The notes under the pieces were generated by a model. The model worked only from the letters and a program-made list of their open reading frames with translations, did not search any database and was not told the origin of the DNA. The position numbers and the translations under genes were made by a program. From Camelus dromedarius (taxonomy: Eukaryota): DNA of 64,000 nt. Of this stretch, positions 1 through 11,795 are shown piece after piece (position 1 is the first letter of the stretch; every line of letters starts with the position of its first letter). Location: contig NC_087436.1 of NCBI RefSeq assembly GCF_036321535.1, forward strand, positions 46,812,001-46,876,000, read 5' to 3'.

Positions 1-189
1 TGTCAGGGAGTTTGTTCATGGCTAAAAACTGGATTTACCCATAATCTTTCTGCTAAACTTTGGCAGGCTTTGCTGCAGTCAGCAGCTGTCCAGTGTTATG
101 TTGAACGCAGTTGGTGCCTGTCACATCTTGGCCTTACCACCTCAGTGCATACTGCCCAGCTTCTGAGTTGGCAGTTCTTCACCCAAAGA

Positions 190-552
190 CTTTGTCTGTT
201 TGACCTTGGAGTTCATTGTGCTCCTGTAGCAGGGCCAAAGTGTCCGTGCATGAGTGCTCCACTCCTACCCAAGAAGTTGTCAACCAGTGACTGAGAGGAG
301 CTGCTCTACAAGTGTCCCAGTTCCCTCATCCTTCAGGTGGGACCACTTCTACACCAGCACGGAGGTCCTCAGCAAAAGTAAGCTTCTATTATCCATAGCA
401 GGAAATTGCTCAATAACAAAAGATTCCTTCCTTCCCTCTCTCATTTCCCCACTTTTCTACCAGTGTTTCCCAGCATCACTATCCAAGTAAACTACTTGCA
501 CTTGGATCCTTGTCTCAGGATTATCTCCAGAGGAACTCAGATACCTAAGACA
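190..552 (+). mobile_element. ERVL-class solo LTR, LTR16-like (5' boundary uncertain)
   Basis: 3' end 'taaactacttgcacttggatccttgtctcagg...cctaagaca' resembles the LTR16-family terminus and ends in CA. Confidence 0.7.
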
Positions 553-628
553 GTTGGATGCATGCCTTGCTACTCATAAATGGAGGTTGGGCTGAGGTAA
601 CTTGGTGGTTTGGATACAGGAAAATGGG

Positions 629-1048
629 GTGTGAATGGATGGTCGTGTCCCTGGTCTTGGTTGAGTCCCTGGGATGTACCCCACCAAGTGAGGGTCCTTG
701 GCTTTGTGCAGGAAAGAATTCAAGAGTGAGCCATGGTGGAGTGAAGGTATATTTATTTAGAGAGATACATACTGCATGGACAGTGCAGGCCATCTCAGAA
801 GGCAAGAGAGAGCCACCACCAGGTGCAGGGTTGTTAGTTTTTATGGGCTCAGAAACTTCATAGGCTAACAAGTGGAAGGATTATTCCAGCTACTTTGGGG
901 AAGGGGGTGGGATTCCCAGGAATTGGGCCACCAGCCACTTTTTGACCTTTTATGGTTGGCATGCTAATACATTACAATGAGCGTAGAATGAAGCTCAAGG
1001 TCCACTGAGAGATGGCTCTTCTGCCATCTTGGTAGCACAGCACTGACA
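629..1048 (-). mobile_element. ERV1 solo LTR, MER41-like
   Basis: 'gagggtccttggctttgtgcaggaaagaattcaagagtgagcc', 'ggattattc' and 'gccatcttgg' resemble the MER41 antisense consensus. The minus-strand 5' end reads TGTCAG (ctgaca at 1043-1048). Confidence 0.65.
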
Positions 1049-1099
1049 GTTACTGTGTCATTCTTTTAATGGTTGTGTCCTGCCTCCTTCCCTCCTGTC

Positions 1100-1343
1100 T
1101 CAGTTTGATGGCAAAATGGCCCCAATTCTCCAGCCCTCTCTGTATCCATACCCTTTGCAATGTGAGTTTTGAGCTCCTCCCCTCAAGAGATGGAGTATAT
1201 TTCTCCATCTCTTGCACCTGTGCTGGACTTGAAACATGCTTTGGCCAACAGAGTGAGGCGGAAGTGACCATGTGCTGGTGTTGAGCCTAAGCGCCATGAG
1301 GCTTTGTGTGCTTCTGCTCTTCTCTTTCTGTCTCTGTCACACA

Positions 1344-1374
<31 letters not shown>

Positions 1375-1701
1375 GTGCTCACTTGCTCTCTCTCTCTCTC
1401 TCTCTCTCAGATGTCTACTACCTCCTTATAAACAAGTCTAGGCTGGTGCTGGGGGACGAGGTAACCCTGGAGGAGAGCTCCTCAGAGGCTGAAGCCATCA
1501 GGGAGTAGCCAGGCCTGGCTGATGCACCTGTCGGCTTCAGGTACGTGAGCAATGTCCAGCCACTGCCAGCCAGGTCTGGCCCAGATCAGCATAACCACCC
1601 AGCAGACCCAGAGACTTAGGGGCAAAAATCAATATTTAGGCTGTATGCCACTCACTGCTGTTTGCTGTGCAGCACGCTTGCGGCAACAGGGCACTGGTGC
1701 A
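1100..1701 (+). mobile_element. MaLR LTR, MLT1H-like
   Basis: 'aaaatggccccaattctcc...ctgtatccataccctttgcaatgtga...tttggccaacagagtgaggcggaagtgac' matches the MLT1G/H 5' part, with a degenerate MLT1 3' end. Confidence 0.8.
1338..1408. repeat. Compound microsatellite (CA)n(CG)n...(CT)n
   Basis: Directly visible: about (CA)11, then (GC)7, then a (CT)n run. Confidence 0.95.
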
Positions 1702-2102
1702 GTTACTGCAAGCCCTTCTGATTTCCGCTCTTCCCATTTCCTTCCTTTCACTGTAGTTTCTATACAAAGTCACTTTCTCTATTCCTCTCTGCTCGTATTT
1801 GTCAATATATTAATAGTTCCTTCTGATCACTGATCAAGCTGGAATTGCTCAGCAATGTGTAGTAGACTTTGCTGTTGATTTTACTCTAACCTAAAATTCC
1901 AGGAAATCTTTAGACCTCTCCTTCAGTTACTCTGTGTATTACAGCTTGAATGCTAATTATATTTTTATTTAACATTATAATATAAGGAACTTTCTAAAGA
2001 AGGGAGGGCTGAGGGAACAGAGAGGCCCTCAGAAGACAATGGGAAAGGAAGATTCTCTCCAAAAAGTCTTTTTTTTTTTCCAACCGAAAAAAAGACAATG
2101 CC

Positions 2103-2400
2103 CTCATTTTTTTCATTCAGTGCCAGGCACTGTTAGGTGCTGAGGATGGAGGGTGTATAGGTCTCTGCCCTTGAAGAACTGAAGTTCTAGCAAAGGAAAA
2201 ACTGGAGAGAACCAAGGTTAAGTCATTCTCCATGTTCTGGAGGCTCCAGAGAGGATTTGGTAAATGTGAGTTTCTCAGACCAGGACGAGGCTCAGATGAA
2301 TGAGAGAGTTCCTCTGAGGTCGGTGACTTCCCGGCAGGTGGCTTGAAGGAGATCAAAAACCAGAAGACTGGCAGGGTGGGCCTGTACCAGTGGAGGGGGC
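2103..2400 (-). mobile_element. L2 LINE 3' fragment
   Basis: 'cattcagtgccaggcactgttaggtgctgaggat' is the antisense L2 tail. Confidence 0.6.
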
Positions 2401-3150
2401 GAGGGTTGGACAGATACCCAGCTAAAAATGGTTCCCTACCAGCGCCAAGGTTCCCTGCACAGTGCAGTCCTGCGGACCTGGGTGGCTGATGATGGGGACA
2501 TGCATGCTGAGGGCTCTCCTGCCGGCTTGAGAGGGAAATCAAGCTCTGTGGTTGCTGAGGCAAATGGGTTTTAGAGTCACTTGGTGGCTCACAGATTTGC
2601 GTATAGTCTACCTTCTTAATAGCAATCAATGTGTCATTTGCTGTTTGTGTTAATTAAACTTTTAAATAAAACTTTGGGTTAAGAGTGCTTATCTCATATT
2701 TCAGACATTCCCAGGAGTGCTTACAAAGGGCCTCAGAGTTGAAAAAATATGCCATTTGGCAATATTCCATGAAACTAATTACCATAAAGAAGTCGTGAAA
2801 TTTTGCACAGAGGGGCTTGCTACAAATATTTGAACCAGTTCAGAAGATAATTTGCCTTAGTTTTGTCAGATTCTCAATGTATCCAGCCCCCAACTCCCAC
2901 ATGAAACTGGAGACCGTCAATCACTTTGCCTTCCCAAGCTTCCAGCAATATGAACTTGCCCCTTCAAATCTGACTTCCTTCTGGGACTCCATCGAAGTCT
3001 AGATGCTAACACCATGAAATAGGAAAACATATTTTTCTTCGTTCTTTAGAACAGAGTCACCAATGTAAAATATTCCAGTGAAGCTTGAAATTCAGGACAA
3101 GCTTTCTGTGTCATCTTTTGAGACAGAAAATACTAGCACCATGTCAGCCA

Positions 3151-3250
3151 CTGGAGTGTAAGCCCCTTAAGGGTAAGGATTTTATCCATTTTGTTTAGCT
3201 CAATGATTTTTCCAGTGCCCACAGTATTTATTCAATAAAAGAATAGAAGG
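3151..3250 (+). mobile_element. L2 LINE 3' end
   Basis: 'ctggagtgtaagccccttaagggtaaggattt...tttgtt...ttcaataaa' is a typical L2 terminus. Confidence 0.6.
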
Positions 3251-4337
3251 ATTACATACCATTTCACACCCAAGAATAGCAAAACCAATTTAAAACAAAA
3301 ATGAATACTGAAAAAAAGGGGGGGCACTTTTCTAGTAAAAGGAAGAAAGATGCATTTCTCAGTATATGACTTACAGCTGCCTGTACAGAAAGTATACCTA
3401 TGTGGCCCTTAGAACAGGCCAGGACAAATGTCCCAGGTCTCATAATTTGAAAGTCTCTGGACAGCTACCTGTGTCTCTTTTCTGAACCACATTCTACTTA
3501 TCTGGCCATGTTCAGAAGAACGCACATGACCCATGATGCTGACCAGAGAGGTAGTCTCTTCTCTCTGTTAGGCCCGAGCCATGGGGATTTTGAGTATCAG
3601 GGGACCAGTGGGAGGCACATTGAGAAAGAAAACCATTGGTCATTGTTCATAAAAAAGATGATGGGTCACAGCTTCCTCTTTCTTGTGGTCTTCTGTCTTG
3701 GTTCTTTGATTCCTTATAAACACTTAATCTGAAAATACTAACATTATTTTTGTTGTTGTTCTTCAGATTTAATTTGGTTCTAGGTGTCTGGGAAGGGTTT
3801 GAGATTTCCTGCCTTGTAAGGGACCCCCAGTAAAGCATTCATCGAGGCCCACCCAGGTACCAAGATGGTGACTCCATCAGTCCCAATCGTCAGCCATGCA
3901 TTGATACCCAGAGGAAAACTGTTTCAGGAAAAACTGGATTTCTGTTACTGAGCCTATAAGTATAATTTTCTGAGTTTTCTTCTTTGGAAAACAAAGATGT
4001 ACCTCTGTTATTTGATAAACAGCAAAAGCATTTGGCTTAATTTTAATTTTGTTCTCATGAGCTTACTTTGAGACCAATAAGAAATTCTTGAATTGAAAAT
4101 CAAGGGTTGGATTGAGGCGCTTGGGCTACTCAGTACTGTGGGAGCGTAGCTCGCACTTTGCCAGGGTGAGGAGCAGAGTCAGTGATCCTCAGCACGTTTG
4201 AGCCCAAGTCTGGGTTAGTGAGAGTGTGAAAGGACCCTACCAGTTTTAGAGTCTAACCACTCAGTCTGTACTTGCCTCTCTGTTCTGACAGGTAGCCTGT
4301 CTCTACTTACCTTCCCCGAGATGTCCATCCCATATAG

Positions 4338-4636
4338 CAGTGATTGCAAACTGGCAGCCCACAGAGTGTTTTGCTCGGCTTGCCTGGTGTTTAGATGTTT
4401 GTTAAATGTAACCTGTAACATTTCAAAATTGGGAGAGTCCTCAGAGATTTCTAGAATTCTGGCTTCTCCTGAAAATCGGTTATTTACATGGTTCTGTATT
4501 CCTGCAGACATTAATAGCCTGGAATGTAGTAGCCACTCCCCCATGTAGACAAAGCACGTGATTTCCAGCTCACCACAGTGTCCATCCAGGTGGCTTTTCA
4601 TTCATCATGTTGACTCTGTGTGCCTTGGAATCCCTG
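4338..4636 (+). mobile_element. hAT-Charlie non-autonomous DNA transposon, MER102-like
   Basis: Starts 'cagtgattgcaaactggcagcccacag', contains 'aaaattgggaga...ctggcttctcctgaaaatcgg', ends 'ccctg'. Confidence 0.7.
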
Positions 4637-4722
4637 ACTTCTGTCCCGGAACCCCTCCTCATTGGCTTGACACCATGAGAAATCAGCTCTTTTTTTTTTT
4701 TTTTTTTTTAAAGGAATCTCAC

Positions 4723-4853
4723 CTTCACTTCTTCCTGCTATTGTTCATGTTTCCTTCATTCTCCTCATTTGCGTCTCCGCAATCTATCGACACTAGTTCA
4801 TTTGAGTCAAATATTGTTTGGGCTCTCATAGAATCTCCATTTTTCAATAGGTC
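4723..4853 (-). other. Candidate exon (131 nt), probably non-coding
   Basis: Minus strand: acceptor 'ttccttgttcctgccccaactatatag|G' and donor 'GAAG|gtgaga'. Purine-rich body. All three frames contain a stop; the longest runs 42 codons to TGA. Confidence 0.3.
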
Positions 4854-6899
4854 CTATATAGTTGGGGCAGGAACAAGGAATGAATATGGTCTCCGCACAA
4901 GCGTTAGTAGCTCATTTAGACAAAGTGGAAACAGACAGTTGAGGCACATGAACATAGGTGAGGTGATAAATAGATCAGGAAGAGCACTCTTGCCCAGCTG
5001 TGGAACCCTATCCACTTGCAGAGAGATGCGTCTTATTTGCCACTGGTGAGCTGGTTCTGCCTCTGCTGAGAGGACCATGGAATGCCTCTCTAAACTTCTG
5101 TGCAGTTAGGCCTGACTTGGGAGGAGCAGAATATATAATTGTTCATACGGGAACTGAGTCTAATGTCTTTGATTGTTAATAGCATCAAAGCAAACTTCTG
5201 AAAGCTCCTATGAGTTTTCTGGGCTCATGTGTTGTTTGTCGTGCTTAGCTCAAATCCTGGGAAAGCTAACATTTACTTTACATTCATGTTCGAAGTATAC
5301 TGGGAATATGGTTGCTTTTGGGTGGCCTCCTCCAGCTTGGACAGGACCCACTCAGGTCTTAGGAGAGAGATGATCTTACTTCTGAATGATCAGATTTCCA
5401 CTTGCAGATGAATAATAGGACTCCCTTCAACAGAACCTCTCAGGAAATTTAAATTTTTTTAAATACACGTATATACACACATATGCATTCACATGTACAC
5501 ATACACACATATATAGATCCAGAGAGAAATAAATAGGGAAATTGTAAATGTAGTGTGTATTACATTAAAGCCATTTACAGTGGGCATTTGTCTGTCCCCT
5601 GTCACAAGTGATGGTAGCGAGTGTGTACTTGACCGTCTTACTGAGCATCTCCATGAAGCAGAAGAAGCTGGTCTTTTGCACTGGGCTTCACTCTCTCCCT
5701 AGCTGCTTCATACCAATAGACAGTGGCCTGAGCCACCTACATTCACTGGGCAAATCCATTATTAGTTGGGGGAAGAGGAATAATTTAAAGTGAAATAAAG
5801 GACAACACAAATCTTTAACACAATTCAAACACTACTCCAATTTCTAAAAGTCTAATCTTTTAAACTGTGGTTTTTTCAAATCTTAACCCTAGTAAAGGGT
5901 GACTTAGGAGTGGCATCAGAACCATCACATCACACAGAAGGATTTATCCCGATGCTATTTCTAGCCTGGTTGGAAACCTGAAACTTTAGAAATCTACCAA
6001 GACTATCTAATTTTGGTAGTTTTTTTGTTTGTTTGTTTTTTTTTTTTTTTTTTTTTTTTTGCCTCATATTGAGGCTTGTGGGTTTGAATAAAAGTCAGAG
6101 AAATCTATGGTAACATCTCAATATGTACATTTTCATATAAAAGTACTGTGAGAAAGAGAGAATGGGGCTGCAAATGTATTAAGGGGGGAAAAGGTGATTC
6201 CAGTTTTTTACAAGTTCAGATGGTTTTAGTCCTTTTGCAAAGTTACATTGCAATTGAAAGTGAAACAATTCAGGTTGCCTTAGCCATGTGAGGCGGTAAG
6301 TGCAGTTCACATTCAACCTGTATTCCTTGAATTGGTCTAGGTTTCCACAGGAAATAGAGAGCAGTGAAACCAAAGCAAGAAATAGAGACTAGGCTCAATA
6401 CTGGGATTCAGACAGAGCCTTCACTGGTAAAATAAAACCCCCTTGTACTGAGTACTGGGACCCTGCACTTCACAAAATGGACTTATTCCTAAGACTTACA
6501 TACAACCGAATAGAAAGGGATTTGGGGAAAGGGATTCGTACTGGGGAAACAACAAAAGAATCCTTTGTGGTTAGTTTGCAGAGATTCCTTGGTAAAGCAA
6601 ATAACCCCTGGTTAATTTGGTTATTTTGTAAGTCCAAATTTTCTTATGATACGAGTTCTTAAAGAGGACACAACTGTTGTTTATGTATCCAAGTGGGTCA
6701 CTTGAAAAGCGAAGTTTGTATCTTGGTTAGTTTCTTACTGTTTATCTGTTTTGTGAGGATTTTCTACTCTATTTCTAAAACCCAGTTAAGAGCTGCTTGC
6801 TCCTCATCTGGCATCATAGCTATTGTGTAAATAAGTTTTATTTTTGATTTTTAGGAATTTCCTTTGTGGCGTACGGCCTCAAGAAAAGATGACAAACAC

Positions 6900-8120
6900 T
6901 TCAATTAGCCTTCCCTCCAATCACCATTCGGGGAGAAGTGTGTGGGGGGACGTTCTCCGACCTCAGTGGAAAACATCGCGGGCGGGCAGGGAGCAGCTGG
7001 CAGAGCATCGACACGGTTCACAAACACGCTAGAGGCACTGGCTGTGGCAGACAAAGCCTGCCTTTTGGGGAAGACACGTGAAGCCCACTCCTCTAAGTGC
7101 TTCCTCTGGAGTCACACCACAGGGCTGACTTTTTCTTTGCTTTCAGCCGCAGCCGCTGACTCAAGGAGATGAGGCAGCTTTGTCTTTCCTGCTGCAGAGC
7201 TCATTTGGCTGCCGGGCCATCTTTCGGGACTGGGCACCTGAAGATGGATGTGGAGAGGAAGGAACTGGAGAGCGCAGACAGGCAGGCATCTGAGAAGCCG
7301 GCCTCCCGGGGCCAGGTGCTCGAAGATGAAGGGGTCGCTTCCCGCGCGCGCGGCTGTGCCACCTCGGACATCCCGGTGAGGCCCAACGGGGATTTTCAGG
7401 TGAGCGGCTAAAACCACTGGTTTGTGCAGTTCAGCTAACACCCTATTATCTGACAGAATGAGAATGAGGGGAGAAGAGGGGGAAGGAGACCCTCTACTCG
7501 GAAGTATGCCTTTTGCTCAGTCAACATTCTCATTTATGAATTGACGATGAGGTTATTCATCCCAAGTGACAGCAGAAGGATAAATAAAAGCAACATATGC
7601 AAAAAAGTCCACCAGGGCTCCGGCCCACAGAAGATACGCGGTCACCTGGTGCGAATCTAAACCTCGCTCCTGGTGCCGGAGCCAGTCGCAGCCTGCGGGG
7701 GGAGGGGCAGCTCCAGGGCATGGCGGGAAGCCCATCGTCACTTCCAGATGCACCAGTTCCCACAGTCACACGTGTGACCCTGTGCCCAAGGCGGCCACCC
7801 CCACTGAGTCCAGCGCGCTAGTTACTAAGCCGAGTGCCTCTCAGCTTCAGATCCATCCTTCTGTTCTCCAGTCTGGGACTCTGGAAACGGCATTTTTCTC
7901 TTGATAGCTGGTTCTCTGAGAATCAGCCCGTAGAGAAAACTAGAGGAAGACAGGAAGGCGGGAAGAGGAGAGCACATCCGTGCACGTGGTTCCCGACGCC
8001 AGCTTGCCCCTGCGCGCCCCACATCAGCCTCCGTGTCTGCGCCGCCCCAGCAGAGACGTCAGCACCAGCCGGCCGTGCCCCTTCTCAGGTGTCCGAGTGC
8101 CAGCTCCGTGGAATGCCTCC
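6900..8120. promoter_or_regulatory. CpG-enriched island-like region
   Basis: Visibly higher GC and CpG density (e.g. cccgcgcgcgcggc) than the CpG-depleted flanks. Confidence 0.5.
7198..7399 (+). other. Candidate exon with possible small-ORF start (MDVERKELES...NGDFQ, 52 codons)
   Basis: Acceptor 'ctttgtctttcctgctgcag|', strong Kozak aagATGG at 7244, open frame up to donor 'CAG|gtgagc'. No recognisable homology. Confidence 0.3.
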
Positions 8121-8260
8121 TCAAGTTTCTAGGTTCTGATAACCCTGTGTCCTCCCTGTGTTTTCCTAACCTGAGAAACGATGGGGGCTTTCTGTAGTTA
8201 ATATTGCTACATTATTGTGGTGTGCCCTTTTTGCCTTTTTACTTCTTGAGCCCTTAGAGT
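7820..8260 (+). mobile_element. ERVL LTR33-like solo LTR
   Basis: 'gcctctcagcttcagatccatccttctg...ctagaggaagacaggaaggcgggaagagg...ctaggttctgataaccc...ccctttttgcctttt' follows the LTR33 layout. Confidence 0.7.
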
Positions 8261-8279
8261 ACTGTACACACCCTGATGC

Positions 8280-8710
8280 GTGTTGCTTTTTGCACATTAC
8301 AATGTATATTGCAGGTATTTGTGCATAGAGGCCTTCCTCAGTTCATTATATTAGCTGCATAAAATTTCTTTAGGTTGATGTCTCTGCGTAGAATTTCTTT
8401 AGGTTGATGTGTCATTATTTAACTAGTCTCTTATTGGTGGACGTTTGGTTTATTTCAGTATTTTGCCAGTTCACACAATGCTTCAATGAATGATACAGCA
8501 ACATTACATACCCATACATCATTTTGCATACGTGCAAGTTTATCTGTGGGACACATTTTCTGAAGTGACGTTGCCAGGATCTAAGGAAGGACATACTCAT
8601 TTGGATGTTGCCAAACTGCCCTCCGCAGGGACTGTACCAGTTTACACTCATGCTAACAATGTATGGGAATATCTGCTTCCCCTCAGCTTCCCCAGCAGAG
8701 TGTTATAAAC
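8280..8710 (-). mobile_element. Ancient L1 (L1ME-like) fragment
   Basis: 'ttggtggacgtttggtttatttcag...tgccaaactgccctcc...tgtaccagtttacactc' is antisense L1 ORF2/3' region. Confidence 0.8.
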
Positions 8711-9429
8711 CACTTCTGGAGTCAATAAAGTGAGTCTTTCATTGAGCCTCTGAGGTCATAGCTGTGATATTTAAAAGACTCTCTTTTATAGGCCTTAAAA
8801 ATCTAGGCTACTTTGCTGATCCATAAATGAACTCTTTCTCCTCAGACAGCTTAGGGTTCACAGGGAGCACTGTACTTTCTCTTAGGCCCATCTTCTTTGC
8901 TATCTCAGCACAGAAGTGAGGCTTAGAGCCAGGCAGCGCAGGGCTCAGAACTCTAGATTAGAAGTCAAAAGCCTGAGGGTGTCTCTGGAGGTAAGTTTGA
9001 CCTCCTCCACGTCCTTACCTCCAGATTCCATTTCAGTGTTATCCTGTAAGATTTTTACTTCAGAGAATTTGATTTACTTTGCAGGCGGTAGGGGCCTGTT
9101 GAAAGGTTTCCTGATGGACTGATTGGGGAGGAGCTTGAGCCTGGGTGGTGGGGACCCAGGGGCTCCCGATGGAGGCCTGATGAAGGCAGTGCAGCAGCTG
9201 TGAGCTGGAGAGACACCCCCCCCCCCGCAAGAGATGGAGACATGGAGACCAGCTGATAGAATGGGGGAGACAGGGGATGTGAGGAGGAGGGGAGAAGTTA
9301 CAGATCATGCCAAGACATTTAGCTTGATGTAGTTGGTGAATAATGAATAGGAAAGAAGGAGTAGGTGTGAGGTTGAAAAAAAAATAAGTTTTAAATGTCT
9401 ATTTACATTTTTGACTTGTTTCTCCTAGC

Positions 9430-10260
9430 TTTTCAGATGAAAAATTTTAAACACGCAAGAACGTTGACAAAGTAAATTGAACTTTCCTACACGTATCATC
9501 TAAACAAAAAAGTTATTGATCCTTTGCCATATTTGATTTATACACATCTATATACACACACCTTTGTTTCTGCAGAAACATTTGAAAGTAAGTTGCAGGC
9601 ACCACGGAAATTTATCCCTAAATTCAACATACGTCTCCCAAGAATAAGAACATTCTCTTCCATAAACACAATACCATTACCACATCTAAGAAAATTTACA
9701 CTATTTTTCTAATGTTATCTAGTTTAAAGCCCATGTTCAAATTTCCCAGATTGCACCGGAAATATCTTTTATAGTTGGTTGTTTAAAGCATTTTCAATCA
9801 AGTTTCATGCATTGCATTTGGTTGTCTCTCTTTAGTCGTTTCATTCTAGAACATTCTCCATTTTCCAAATGATATTGGCTGTCATTTATTGTGTTTTTTA
9901 AGGGACCAGGCACTTGTCTTAGAGAGGTCTCACAATCTGGATTTGCCTGATTGTTAGTGTGTGGCATCATTCAACTTGGTTCTCTGTGTGTTTTTATGTA
10001 ACAGAAAGTTGGGTTCTAAAGACTTGATTACATTCAGGTTAAATGTCTTAGACAACAATAATTTACAGGCAATGCCATATTTTACATTTTATCCCATCAG
10101 CAAAGGTATAATGTCAGGTTGTTGCACAGCCTGTGGAACGATACTACATTTGATTCGTTGATGTGATGGTCATTGTATCTCTCCATTGTAAAGATACGTT
10201 TCCTCTTTGTAATTAGCAAATGGTCTGTGGAGGTGGTAGTTTGGCACCTATCTATATATT
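9430..10260 (-). mobile_element. L1MC4/5-like 3' end fragment
   Basis: 'catttgaaagtaagttgcag...ccctaaa...aagaataagaacattctc...aataccattaccacatctaagaaaatt' is characteristic of the L1MC 3' UTR. Confidence 0.8.
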
Positions 10261-10309
10261 TTAGTACTTGTCTAGCCTTCATTGTAACTTGCATTTTGGA
10301 AAGCTGACC

Positions 10310-11200
10310 TGTGGGACACTAGGTGAGGTTGTCCAGTGGGGAACCAGCAGAACTTATAGAAATGAGGTTCAGAGACAGGACTGGAAGCCACTAGTGTCAG
10401 AAGGATGGCTGAAGCCAGTGAAGAAGTTGAGCTCAACCAGAAAGAGTGCTCAGAGAAGAGACAGAGACGAGGGATGAGCAGGGGAAGCAGAGCCAGCAAG
10501 AGACCTGAGTGGGGACTGAAATACTGAACAAGAATATGAACACACAAGCCTGGGAGATTTCAGGTGGGGTATAGCAAGGGAGCAACTACACCTAACCCTG
10601 CCAGGGGTCTGAAGGAGGTCATGGGATGTGGAAAACCACCGTAACATTCTTAGTAGATTGTTGAGGACAGAATCTGCTTGACAACAGCGGCAAGGTCTGA
10701 ATTGGGCAAAGGCCACCACTTTTCAAGTGTTGGATGCGGGGCAGAGACAGAGTAAAAGTGCATCTTCAGAAATAAGGGAATGTGGTCATGGAGAAGATTT
10801 TCTTTTGCTTGCTTATTCATTTGTAGGATGCACTATATTCGATCCTATTTGAGGACCAAAAGCCAGGAACCTGTGGAGAAGGAGAGGACTATAGAGGTAA
10901 GGGGATGATTTACAGGTCATGGCCAGAGGAGAGAGGAGGGGACGTGATCAAAGACACAGGGGTTTTGCCTTTGGAAAGAACTGTCCTGTTCAAGATGAGA
11001 GTTGTACATGAGGATGGAGGCAAACGTTTGGATGTGCTGGGGAGAGAAGATGGAGGAGTTCTTGCCTGATGGCCTCGATTTCCTCAGCGAGGCAGTAGAT
11101 TATCTCTTCTTCCAAGACAGCAGGTGTGGGGGGTCAGGGCCTCGAAGAGAGTGGAGGGTTTTGAACAGCTGCTGTTGAGAATGGGAAGGGGAGCTGACAC
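10310..11200 (-). mobile_element. L2 LINE fragment
   Basis: Purine-rich degenerate L2 antisense sequence including 'ggagttcttgcctgatggcctcgatttcctcag'. Confidence 0.6.
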
Positions 11201-11564
11201 ATGTCCAAGCGATAGCAGGGAAGATGGTGAAGAGCCCACCAAAAACGCCAGTGGAAGGGCCGTTCCTTATACATCTGTAGCTCATTAAGAAGACCACAGC
11301 TTCCTAAGTGGGCCTCGTTTGCTTCACATCTGCTAATGCCATAGGTTGAAAAAGTGGCGTCAGTGGTGCCTGGAAGCCAGCATGCCCTCCGTGTCTGACA
11401 AACCCGCCTCAGATGGATGGTCCCCCGCCCCTCCTCCAGGGCCGGGGAGATGCCTGAGAAGTCCCATCACAGAGACCCGTTGTGGCAGGTCAGAACCCAC
11501 CGAGAATATTCCTCCTGTGCCTTATTTATGACTTTCCTGCATTTATATAATATCCAGCTTCCTG

Positions 11565-11795
11565 AAAGTAATTTGTTTTGGATTGTGTAGTGCTGGGCAG
11601 CACATCAAAGGTATGCTAAGCAGTGGTAATAAAACATTGAGGTTTATGGTCACTGAGGTATTAAATATCGCTCATAAATTACAGGGTGAGTATTTTAAAT
11701 GAGCTATGGCTCAGGGAACAGTAGGCGCCCCATCTCCGCACATATTAATTGCTGGTGCCTAGCTTATTAATTATCAATAGTTTCAAAGGCTTTGT
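11565..11795. promoter_or_regulatory. Candidate developmental enhancer (TCF/LEF + CDX/HOX motif cluster)
   Basis: ACATCAAAG 11602-11610, GTAATAAAA 11626-11634, TTTATGG 11643-11649, CTCATAAA 11671-11678, TAATT cores, and TTCAAAGG at ~11782, all in non-repeat DNA. Confidence 0.45.

Noticed and set aside
4690..4900. Processed pseudogene starting at the poly(T) run
   Set aside because: No poly(A) signal on the minus strand near the run and no TSD found.
6020..6075. Poly(T) next to hairpin gcctca-tat-tgaggc as an intrinsic terminator or retrocopy tail
   Set aside because: Eukaryotic context, the T-run precedes rather than follows the hairpin, and no TSD or parent sequence was recognised.
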